DNA of 64,000 nt from Deltaproteobacteria bacterium RIFCSPHIGHO2_02_FULL_40_28. Its GTDB lineage: Bacteria > UBA10199 > 2-12-FULL-40-28. The position numbers and the translations under genes were made by a program. Numbering within the stretch: the stretch's first letter is position 1; each line of letters opens with the position of its first letter. The notes beneath the pieces were generated by a model. The model did no database searches. It was given only the letters and a program-made list of their open reading frames with translations, and was not told the origin of the DNA. Shown here in pieces: positions 28,299-36,655 of this stretch. The DNA is taken from contig MGRJ01000009.1 of the NCBI GenBank assembly GCA_001798135.1, forward strand, positions 10,042-74,041, in the 5' to 3' direction.

Positions 28299-30518
28299 AT
28301 GAAAACAAACATTGGGAAAATAGTCATCATTTTTAGTTTTGTTGTTTTGGGTTTTGTCCCAGCAACCTGGTCTGCTACCAAGTTTGCATTGGATGGTGGT
28401 GCTACTACCATGGGTCCTCCCAGTGCTGATCATGCAACTCCTATTGGGATTTTTACGGAACCAGATGCATCTGGAGTTAACCAGGTTTTCATGAGCACAG
28501 ATAATGGCTCTGGTGATATTACTGTTAAACAAGTAACCACAGGTTCTGAAACTAAAAGCAGACCTCTCTTTGTACCAGAATCAGATGGAACAACGGTTGT
28601 TGTTTTGAATGCAGATGTTGCAGAAACAAAAACTTGTGATGGTCCTGTGATTGTTTACTTGGTTGATGTGTTGGGCACAGGACAACTGCGTGGTACTTGT
28701 ATCCCTAGCGATTGGGCCACTTTAAGTGATGTAGCCACTTCAGACAATTATCATGTTTTTAACATTACGGAAACTTTGCTTAAGGATAAGAATCTGAATT
28801 ATTATGATATTACATCTCCTGTTACTGTTACTGCTTCCCTGGACTATGCTTTTGCTGCTGCAAGTGGTACTTTAGAATTTAGTAGAGATTATCATCAAAT
28901 TGCCTATACCCAAACTGATGGATCTTTAAACTATCTCTTGGTTGATTTTAAAAATGTGCAAGTAGATTACACGCATATAGATGAGGTTGCTGATTATTTT
29001 TGGATGATTAATAATCCTCCATCAGGTTTAAGTATTGGTACTTATGGAGCCAGCGCGTGGGATGGTTTTTTAAAGTCAGGTTTTACAAGTTTATCCAAAC
29101 CCCGTTTTTCGGTGAAGGGTGATCGCATTTATTTCTTGCGGGATGTAAATGGGACAAATCAATTAGGAGTAGTACCTGTTCGTGGGATGTCACCTGCACA
29201 AATTACTGAAATCGAAGGAAGCATTGCTGATATTACTCCACTGCTTCCCAATGAGTATGTGGCCTTTACCCTGAATACAGGGGGCTTAAATGAACTGGGG
29301 GTTATTTATGTAAGCATTGAGCAGAGCACAGTAGTTACCTTTTGCTCTGCCATTACAGCTTTTTCTGATCCTGCTTTTGCGAGTCAACATCCTGCCCTTG
29401 TTTATGTACCTGCCTCTGATGATGATAAAAAGGATGTAAAGGATAGCAAGACATTGCCCAAGGCCATTAAATTACTTCAGAACTTAAATATTAATAATCA
29501 TCCCTATGATGCTTCTCGTATGTTAGTTCAAGCAGCATCTTTTAAAGACAAGGCTACTGCTGCAGGTGCTGCTACTGCTGTTACTCCTCCTAGTGCTGCT
29601 GGTGCTGGAGTAGTAATAGATCGCATTACTAAGGGTGGTAAGGGGGCTTTGAAGGATGCTCTTGCTGCTGCTGCTGATTCCTCTGAAGATGGCGTGGGCA
29701 TTATGTATGATAGGGTAGATACTGCAGGTACAAATCTCTACTATACATGGTTAACAGAAGATCAATTAGCATGTGCAAGCATGGCTGCACAAACAGTGGC
29801 TGGTACTTCTTCCCCTGTCACTACGGTTACCAATCTCACTCTAGATCATTATGTTCAAACTTGTGATCAGGTGAACGAACATCCTCATTCTTACTATCCT
29901 TCCAATAAGGATGCTTCTTTTGCAGATCGTACAGATAGTGTGACCACTCCTCCGGATGTTATTTATCGCCGTATAGAAGGCAGTACCTCTTATCCTACTC
30001 ATTTACATGATATTACAACGACAGCTCCAGATTGTTCAACTTCATCTGCATCCGATCCAGCAGCTCCATCTGCTGAAGAAGTTCCTGCTGAGGAAGCTCC
30101 TTCTGAAGAAGCTGCTGCTGCTGTGGCTGCTTCCTGTGCTGATGCAGGGTGGTCTAGTAAGCAAATTTCCTATGACACTTACCGTGGCTTAGTACAAACA
30201 GGGAGCACCCCTGTTGCTGTTACCTTTCTAGATGGAACCACAGCCTATGCCTCGTTAATTGATGGAGAGATTTATTATGATGCAACGCCTGATGCCTTAA
30301 CTAAAACCGCTGCAGCTGTTACTGCTGGTAATCTTGCTTCAACTGAGGGTGTTGCCTGTGCCTCCAATAAAGCAGATGACGGTGCTTATGGAAGCGGATG
30401 TGCTTCTCTCAATCCTGGCCAAAGATCACCTGATGGAAGCTTGGTATTAGCAGTTCTTCTGGTGCTTGGAAGCGTGCCACAAATAACCCGAAGATTAGTC
30501 AAACATCGTTCAAAATAA
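28299..30518 (+). CDS. Large secreted/surface protein with a C-terminal Gly-Cys, TM and basic-tail sorting signal
   Basis: Signal peptide, Thr/Ala/Asp-rich body, EEVPAEEAPSEEAAAA linker, C-terminus GSGCASL...LVLAVLLVLG...RRLVKHRSK. AAGGAG SD. Confidence 0.85.
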   Translation: MKTNIGKIVIIFSFVVLGFVPATWSATKFALDGGATTMGPPSADHATPIGIFTEPDASGVNQVFMSTDNGSGDITVKQVTTGSETKSRPLFVPESDGTTVVVLNADVAETKTCDGPVIVYLVDVLGTGQLRGTCIPSDWATLSDVATSDNYHVFNITETLLKDKNLNYYDITSPVTVTASLDYAFAAASGTLEFSRDYHQIAYTQTDGSLNYLLVDFKNVQVDYTHIDEVADYFWMINNPPSGLSIGTYGASAWDGFLKSGFTSLSKPRFSVKGDRIYFLRDVNGTNQLGVVPVRGMSPAQITEIEGSIADITPLLPNEYVAFTLNTGGLNELGVIYVSIEQSTVVTFCSAITAFSDPAFASQHPALVYVPASDDDKKDVKDSKTLPKAIKLLQNLNINNHPYDASRMLVQAASFKDKATAAGAATAVTPPSAAGAGVVIDRITKGGKGALKDALAAAADSSEDGVGIMYDRVDTAGTNLYYTWLTEDQLACASMAAQTVAGTSSPVTTVTNLTLDHYVQTCDQVNEHPHSYYPSNKDASFADRTDSVTTPPDVIYRRIEGSTSYPTHLHDITTTAPDCSTSSASDPAAPSAEEVPAEEAPSEEAAAAVAASCADAGWSSKQISYDTYRGLVQTGSTPVAVTFLDGTTAYASLIDGEIYYDATPDALTKTAAAVTAGNLASTEGVACASNKADDGAYGSGCASLNPGQRSPDGSLVLAVLLVLGSVPQITRRLVKHRSK

Positions 30519-30553
30519 CCCTGAGGCTTTTAATTCCTCGAACTTAGAAGTTA

Positions 30554-30580
30554 GCCCCCCACCTGGGGGGCTTTTTTTAT
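30554..30580 (+). terminator. Rho-independent terminator
   Basis: GCCCCCC-ACCT-GGGGGGC followed by a T run. Confidence 0.85.
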
Positions 30581-30619
30581 GCTTGCGAAGTAAACACTAA
30601 TCCTGTGAGAATCTTTCTC

Positions 30620-31834
30620 ATGGAGATTCTAAAAATTAAAAGCGTGGCGTCTATCCACGATGCCCGAAAAATTTATTCTGTTTCTGAAGTTACTTCGGAT
30701 CTTAAAACGCTTCTTGAAGATAATTTTCCATCACTGTGGGTTAAAGGTGAAATTTCCAATTTCAAAGAATCCCCCAATGGGCATTATTATTTTGTTTTAA
30801 AAGATGAATTTTCCCAAATGTCTCTGGTGATGTTTCGGGGACAAAATCGCCTTCTTAAATTCCAATTAGAAGATGGAATGGAAGTTTTAGTTCATGGTCA
30901 TCTTACTGTTTATCAGCCCAGAGGTCAGTGTCAGATGGCGTGCGATCATGTAGAGCCTTGTGGTGTTGGAGCTCTTCAATTAGCTTTCGAACAACTTAAA
31001 AAAAAATTAGAAGCCGAAGGCCTTTTTGATAGCAAGCGTAAGAGAGAACTTCCCTTACTTCCCAGAAAAGTAGGAATTATTACTTCTCCCAAGGGAGCTG
31101 TTTTTCATGACATGAAAAATGTAATTAAAAGGCGGTTTCCCAATATGGATCTTGTTTTTTTTCCAGTTCAGGTTCAAGGAGAAGGAGCTTCAGCTCAGAT
31201 TGCCCACGCCATTTTTCTTGCCAACCAAAGAGATGACATTGATGTTCTTATTGTAGGAAGAGGAGGGGGCTCTATCGAAGATCTTTGGGCTTTTAACGAA
31301 GAAATTGTTGTTCGTTCTATTGTCTCATCAAATATTCCTGTAGTTTCTGCTGTGGGGCATGAAACAGATTATACCCTCGCTGATTTTGCAGCTGATTTGC
31401 GTGCTCCCACTCCTTCAGCAGCAGCAGAATTAGTAGTTCCTGAAAAAGAACAGCTTCTTCTTGATTTGAAACGATTAGAGTTGGCCCTACCTCGTTTTTT
31501 AGAAGGCCCCACCTTACGATTGAGTTTGCTTTCCAAACAAATTATTTCACCGGGGCAAGTTCTTGATCGCTTGGATTTTAAAAGGCAAAGAGCCATGGAT
31601 TTTCTCATCAAAGTTTTTCCCAGATACTTGAAAGGGGTAGAACAAGACTTTCAAAAATTAGTTGCCCATTTAGAGCATCTTTCTCCCTTGGCTCCCTTGG
31701 CTCGTGGGTATTCCCTTGCTTTAAATGTTCTTACTGGTCAGCCCATTAAAAGTAGGAATGAAGCTACACAATTTCCTGTTTTTGATTTAAAGTTTTCAGA
31801 TGGTACATTAAAGGTGAAACAGGCCGCTGATTGA
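30620..31834 (+). CDS. xseA: Exodeoxyribonuclease VII large subunit
   Basis: WVKGEISN, GHYYFVLKD, GRGGGSIEDLW, AVGHETD and RAPTPSAAAE motifs. Confidence 0.96.
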   Translation: MEILKIKSVASIHDARKIYSVSEVTSDLKTLLEDNFPSLWVKGEISNFKESPNGHYYFVLKDEFSQMSLVMFRGQNRLLKFQLEDGMEVLVHGHLTVYQPRGQCQMACDHVEPCGVGALQLAFEQLKKKLEAEGLFDSKRKRELPLLPRKVGIITSPKGAVFHDMKNVIKRRFPNMDLVFFPVQVQGEGASAQIAHAIFLANQRDDIDVLIVGRGGGSIEDLWAFNEEIVVRSIVSSNIPVVSAVGHETDYTLADFAADLRAPTPSAAAELVVPEKEQLLLDLKRLELALPRFLEGPTLRLSLLSKQIISPGQVLDRLDFKRQRAMDFLIKVFPRYLKGVEQDFQKLVAHLEHLSPLAPLARGYSLALNVLTGQPIKSRNEATQFPVFDLKFSDGTLKVKQAAD

Positions 31835-31865
31835 CACCTGTGTTTATTCATATTAACCAAGGCTT

Positions 31866-32117
31866 ATGGCAAAAAAAAATAAGGAATCCCAAGAGATCAG
31901 GTTTGAGGATGCCATTCTTCGTTTGGAAAACATTGTCCAAAAATTAGAAGATGGTAAATTAAATCTGGATGATTCACTCAAATATTTTGAGGAAGGGGTT
32001 AAACTTTCCAGAACTTGTGAAGCCAAACTTTCTGAAGCCAAAGGACGTGTAGAAATTTTGATGAAGGGCATAGCAAAAGCCAGTAAAGAATCCCCCGAGG
32101 AAGAAAATGTCTCTTGA
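31866..32117 (+). CDS. xseB: Exodeoxyribonuclease VII small subunit
   Basis: FEDAILRLENIVQKLE...LDDSLKYFEEGVKL. Confidence 0.95.
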   Translation: MAKKNKESQEIRFEDAILRLENIVQKLEDGKLNLDDSLKYFEEGVKLSRTCEAKLSEAKGRVEILMKGIAKASKESPEEENVS

Positions 32118-32988
32118 GACTTATTTCAAAGAAAAAGGCCCTGTTATTGAGGCTGCCTTAAAAAATACTCTCGAATCTAACAGTTACATCCCTGACAATT
32201 TGCGTTCCTCTATGCTTTATAGCTTAATGGCTGGAGGTAAAAGATTGAGACCCCTTCTTTGTTTGGCTGCTTGTGAAGCTTGTGGGGGAGATCATCAATT
32301 AGCCATGGCTCCTGCTGTTGCCTTGGAAATGATCCATACATTTTCACTGATCCATGATGATTTGCCGGCCATGGATAACGATGATTTGAGAAGAGGAAAA
32401 CCCACCAACCACAAAGTTTACGGTGAGGCCATGGCTATTTTAGCTGGTGATGGGATGTCTCTTTTTGCTTTTGAAGTTTTAATTCAACTTGGAGCAAAAA
32501 TTCCTGCTCCTCGTCTTGTGGCTCTTGTTGCAGAAATTGCAAAAGCCTCTGGTCCTACCGGAATGGTTGGAGGCCAGGTTTTAGATATGGAAGCCGAGGG
32601 TAAAAAAATTAATTTGGATCACTTAAGGCAATTACACCATAAAAAAACAGCCTGTCTTATCATGGCTTCTGTGGTTTGCGGGGCACTCACTGTAACAGAT
32701 GATAAAAAGAGTATTGAAAATTTACGTTCTTTTGGAAATCAAATTGGGCTCGCCTTTCAGATTGCTGATGATATTTTAGACATTGAAGGTGGCGAAGAAA
32801 TTGGTAAGGACTTAAAAAGTGATCTCAAAAAAGGGAAAATGACTTATCCAGCCCTGATGGGTTTAACAGAGGCTAAAAAAGAAGGTCGGCTTGTCCTTGA
32901 TTCTGCGCTTAAATCTTTGGATAGCTTTGGAAGCAAAGCTCATCTCTTGCGTGAGATGGCTTATTTTGTCATTGAAAGAAAAAAATAA
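32107..32988 (+). CDS. ispA: Farnesyl/geranylgeranyl diphosphate synthase
   Basis: GGKRLRP, IHDDLPAMDNDDLRRG, GQ..D, KT and FQIADDILD motifs. Confidence 0.95.
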   Translation: MSLETYFKEKGPVIEAALKNTLESNSYIPDNLRSSMLYSLMAGGKRLRPLLCLAACEACGGDHQLAMAPAVALEMIHTFSLIHDDLPAMDNDDLRRGKPTNHKVYGEAMAILAGDGMSLFAFEVLIQLGAKIPAPRLVALVAEIAKASGPTGMVGGQVLDMEAEGKKINLDHLRQLHHKKTACLIMASVVCGALTVTDDKKSIENLRSFGNQIGLAFQIADDILDIEGGEEIGKDLKSDLKKGKMTYPALMGLTEAKKEGRLVLDSALKSLDSFGSKAHLLREMAYFVIERKK

Positions 32989-33413
32989 TGCGTCATTCTG
33001 TTTTTACATTTGAAGTTGCAACTCAAAATCATTTTGATTTAATCGATGTGACTGATGAAGTTTTGAAGTGGTGTGAGAAGGAAAAATTTTTGGATGGGCA
33101 TATGTTGATTCAATCAGCGCATACCACAACTGCTATTCGTATTAATGAAAGTTGTGACGAACTCAAAAAAGATCTCACCCTGTTATTAGAAAAGTTGGTG
33201 CCTCAAAAAGGAAACTATTTTCATAATCATTCTGCAGTTGATGGAAGAAATAACGCTCATAGTCACTTGGTTAGTTATCTGATGGGAGCAAGCGAAGGTG
33301 TTGTTGTACAAAAGGGCAAACCTCTTTTAGGCAGTTGGCAGAGAATTTTTTTTGTTGAATTAGATGGCCCTCGTAAAAGAAGGCAAATTATTTTTAGTTT
33401 CATTGGTTCATGA
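32988..33413 (+). CDS. yjbQ: YjbQ (UPF0047) family protein
   Basis: HTT...INE, NAHSHL and LGSWQRIFFVELDGPR motifs. Confidence 0.9.
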   Translation: MRHSVFTFEVATQNHFDLIDVTDEVLKWCEKEKFLDGHMLIQSAHTTTAIRINESCDELKKDLTLLLEKLVPQKGNYFHNHSAVDGRNNAHSHLVSYLMGASEGVVVQKGKPLLGSWQRIFFVELDGPRKRRQIIFSFIGS

Positions 33414-34726
33414 TTTATCTTTCTGACATACCAGGTTTTGAAACCCAATTAGAAAAACTTTCTAAAGATAATTATATTTTTTGCGATTATTTTTTTGAAA
33501 CTTCGGAAGATCCAAAATGGGCTTGTGCCTCTCTTTGCAGCGAAGCAACAACTGCTCAATGGGTAAGTTCTAAAAGTACCGAAGATTTGAGAAATATTTA
33601 TGGAGCAAAATTTTTTAATTTAAAAATTGAAGGAGAATTTTCCACACCCCTTTATCCTCAACCTTGGATTCAAGGTTCTCGTTTTTTCAGATGTCACATG
33701 ACCATGGCTCTTCCACTTATTAATCTTAATGGAAGTTTGGCCGTTCTTTTATCTACCTTGGCAGGAGAGGGGGCTTTTTATTGTCCGGGACTCACAACAG
33801 TAAAACTTTTGGATCTCCATTTTCCTTCTTCCTATCTCAAACTTTTTAAAGGACCACCATTTGGCATTAAAGGATTAAGAGATTATCTCAAAATTTATGA
33901 TCGTCCTTTTTTTATTGGTGTTGTTAAACCTAACTTAGGGTTAAAGCCTGCAGATTTTTCTACTTTGGCTTTTGAAAGTTGGTTAGGCGGTTTAGATATT
34001 GCCAAGGATGATGAAATGTTTACTGATGTACAATACAATCCATTAATCGAGCGTTTAACTCTTTGTGCTCAAAAAATGAAAGAAGCTATAGATTTTACAG
34101 GGCAAAAGAAAATGATGATAGCAAATTTTTCGGCTAGTTATTTTTCTCTTCTTTCTGATTATCATTCTTTAACTAAGCTGGGTGTAAATGGGTTTATGAT
34201 CAATACTTTTTTTTCTGGGTTTTCTGCTCTCCAGCATTTATGCCATATTTCAACACATCCTGTGATGGGGCACTTTACAGGAATGGCCCTTTGGGATCGT
34301 ATGCCCCATTTTGGTATTGAAGGTTCTGTTTTAATTAAGCTTCAAAGATTGGCAGGAGCTGATATGATCGTTTTTCCTGGTTTTGGAGATCGAATGCAAA
34401 CAACGCCTGAAATTGTTTTAAAAAACATTCAAGCTTGTTTAGCCCCCATGGGTTCTATTTCCCCTTCACTTCCTGTGCCTGGAGGCAGTGATTGGGCGGG
34501 TAGTCTTCCCTTCATTTTTAATAAACTGAAAAATGTTGATTTTGGTTTTATTGCCGGTCGTGGAATTTATGATCATCCCATGGGGCCACAAGGTGGTGCC
34601 CAAAGCCTACACCAAGCTTGGGAAGCTATTTCAAAGGAAGAAAAACTTTCTGATTATGTGCAAAATAATTCTGGTTGTCTCGCTTTGAAGTCAGCCCTGG
34701 ATTATTTTGGAAAGAAAAAAACATGA
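33410..34726 (+). CDS. RuBisCO-like protein (form IV)
   Basis: GPPFG, VKPNLG, GGLDIAKDDE, RLAGAD, PGFGDR, PVPGGS and GRG..HPMGP..GA motifs. The K177 and K334 equivalents are substituted (N, R). Confidence 0.92.
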   Translation: MIYLSDIPGFETQLEKLSKDNYIFCDYFFETSEDPKWACASLCSEATTAQWVSSKSTEDLRNIYGAKFFNLKIEGEFSTPLYPQPWIQGSRFFRCHMTMALPLINLNGSLAVLLSTLAGEGAFYCPGLTTVKLLDLHFPSSYLKLFKGPPFGIKGLRDYLKIYDRPFFIGVVKPNLGLKPADFSTLAFESWLGGLDIAKDDEMFTDVQYNPLIERLTLCAQKMKEAIDFTGQKKMMIANFSASYFSLLSDYHSLTKLGVNGFMINTFFSGFSALQHLCHISTHPVMGHFTGMALWDRMPHFGIEGSVLIKLQRLAGADMIVFPGFGDRMQTTPEIVLKNIQACLAPMGSISPSLPVPGGSDWAGSLPFIFNKLKNVDFGFIAGRGIYDHPMGPQGGAQSLHQAWEAISKEEKLSDYVQNNSGCLALKSALDYFGKKKT

Positions 34727-35835
34727 TTCCACCTAAAGGAGCCACAACCGAAGCAACGATGGATTGGGTGTCTTCTCAGAAAAAAAATATTCATTCTGAG
34801 AAAAAAAGATCCCTGGCAGATTTTTATGTGTCAGTTTTGGGGGTGGGAACTTACTTGGGTTCTTATGATGAAGTCACAGATAAACTTTATGAGGACACCA
34901 TTGAGTTAGCACTTTTAAGTGGAGTTAATTTGATTGACTCCGCCATTAATTATCGTTGTCAGCGCAGCGAGAAACTTATAGGGCGAGTTTTAAAGAAACT
35001 GCAGGATCAAAAAAAGATTTCTCGTGATGAAATTGTTGTTTGTACCAAAGGTGGATTTATTCCCTTTGATTTGGTACCTCCCGAAAGTCTTCCTGGGCAT
35101 ATTAAAAAAAATTGGCTGAATACGGGCATTGTAAGTGAAGAAGATATTGTTTCGTCTTGTCATTGTCTGCATCCTCGTTTTCTTCAGGGGATGATTGATC
35201 AAAGTCTTGCTAATTTGGGACTAGATACCATTGATATTTATTATTTGCATAATCCAGAAACTCAATTGTCAGGGGCCCAGCCTGATGTTTTTTATTCCAG
35301 ACTTTATGAAGCCTTTTGCCTTCTTGAGGAAAATGTTTCCAAAGGCAAGATTCAGTTTTATGGTTTGGCAACATGGACTGCTTTTCGAACTGAAGGAAAT
35401 GAATCAATTTCACTTAAAACTATTCTCGATTTAGCTCTCAAAGCAGGTGGGGAATCTCATCATTTAAAAGTGATTCAACTTCCCTATAATTTGGCAATGC
35501 TTGAGGCTGTGGGGATTCATAACCAAGAATACAAAGGGGAACTCTATCCTATTCTGTCAGCGGCTTCTTTTTATGGAATTGATGTTGTGATTTCTGCACC
35601 TCTTTTACAAGGGCAACTAGGGCATCTTCCCCAACCCCTCATGCACAAACTACCAGGGTCACTCATGGCGCCTGGGAGGGCTCTTCAATTTGTTACTTCT
35701 ACACCAGGAGTTGCAGCTGCTCTTGTAGGGATGAAAACCAAAGCCCATTGGGAACAAAACAAGATAGTTCTTACCGAAGCTAACTGGGACTTGAAAGTGT
35801 TAGAAGAAGTGTGTCGTTATTTAATCAAGGGCTAG
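34723..35835 (+). CDS. Aldo/keto reductase
   Basis: LGVGTY, IDSAINY, CTKGG, SLANLGLDTIDIYYLHNPE, IQLPYN and LVGM motifs. Confidence 0.9.
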   Translation: MIPPKGATTEATMDWVSSQKKNIHSEKKRSLADFYVSVLGVGTYLGSYDEVTDKLYEDTIELALLSGVNLIDSAINYRCQRSEKLIGRVLKKLQDQKKISRDEIVVCTKGGFIPFDLVPPESLPGHIKKNWLNTGIVSEEDIVSSCHCLHPRFLQGMIDQSLANLGLDTIDIYYLHNPETQLSGAQPDVFYSRLYEAFCLLEENVSKGKIQFYGLATWTAFRTEGNESISLKTILDLALKAGGESHHLKVIQLPYNLAMLEAVGIHNQEYKGELYPILSAASFYGIDVVISAPLLQGQLGHLPQPLMHKLPGSLMAPGRALQFVTSTPGVAAALVGMKTKAHWEQNKIVLTEANWDLKVLEEVCRYLIKG

Positions 35836-36531
35836 CTCTAAATACAAAATACGTCTACAACGGGGGCAACTAATCAAGCTATTTAAACGGTGAAGATCGT
35901 TAAAAATCTGAGGTGGAATTTTGGTATTGCATTCGCAACAAAAACCATTTTTTGCAAGAGCTAAAGCTGGATTAATCTTTTGACGAATAAGATTATAATG
36001 GTGTATCATTGTAACTTCTACTCCCTCTAAGAACTGCTCTCTTTCAAGGGATTTGGCTTGTCTTTTTTCTTCAATACTTTTTAATTGTTCCTTCATTTTT
36101 TCTACTTCAGTACTTGTTGTATTTTTTTCACCCTCTACCTTATTTTCGGATTCGCTTATACGATTTTGTTCGTTTTGAATGGCATCAGTCAACTTTGTAA
36201 TTTGTTCTTCCAAAAGGTTGATTGTTTTTTTTGCAAGTGAGATTTCTTTTAAGAGGGCATGGTATTCTTTGTTGGTTTTAATGGCTTTAAGTTTTTCTTC
36301 ACCTTTAACAATCCAATCTTTTTTTTCTGTAAGATCAGATTCTTTTGATCTTTTTTCAGATTCTAAATTAGCCAGGATGGTTTTATAATTTTCGAATTCA
36401 TGAACTCTATTTTTTTGTTCTGCTTCGAAGGTAAGTATTGCTTGAGGGAGGCTTAAAAGAAGCTCTTCTAATTCGAGAAGCTCTGCATCAATTTGAGAGA
36501 GCCCAACCAGTTTTTTAAGTTTATCTTTCAA
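35821..36531 (-). CDS. Coiled-coil plus C4 zinc-ribbon protein (DUF164, CT398/HP0958-like)
   Basis: Long coiled coil with KTNKEY; C-terminal CCEC...CPRCRRIL; GGAGG SD before the TTG. Confidence 0.85.
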   Translation of the reverse strand: MKDKLKKLVGLSQIDAELLELEELLLSLPQAILTFEAEQKNRVHEFENYKTILANLESEKRSKESDLTEKKDWIVKGEEKLKAIKTNKEYHALLKEISLAKKTINLLEEQITKLTDAIQNEQNRISESENKVEGEKNTTSTEVEKMKEQLKSIEEKRQAKSLEREQFLEGVEVTMIHHYNLIRQKINPALALAKNGFCCECNTKIPPQIFNDLHRLNSLISCPRCRRILYLELALD

Positions 36532-36596
36532 AGTAGCCTCCGGTCACCTACTTACAAGAGGGATCTCCAATTGTAAATCATCTTTTTTAACATGGG

Positions 36597-36639
36597 TTGA
36601 CAAGATACTCTCTTAATGGATTGACAAGATACTCTCTTA
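36597..36639 (+). repeat. 19-bp direct repeat upstream of ileS
   Basis: TTGACAAGATACTCTCTTA at 36597-36615 and 36621-36639 (24-bp period). Confidence 0.9.
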
Positions 36640-36655
36640 TGGTTTTTAAGTAAAA

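Noticed and set aside
27947-28532. Minus-strand ORFs 27947-28411 and 28275-28532
   Set aside because: They span a REP doublet and promoter and are antisense to a well-supported gene.
33410-34726. Bona fide CO2-fixing RuBisCO
   Set aside because: The K177 and K334 equivalents are replaced, and there is no small subunit, prk or other CBB gene in the window.
36532-36655. T-box leader or CRISPR array before ileS
   Set aside because: The region is too short, has no T-box motif, and holds only two repeat copies with a 5-nt gap.
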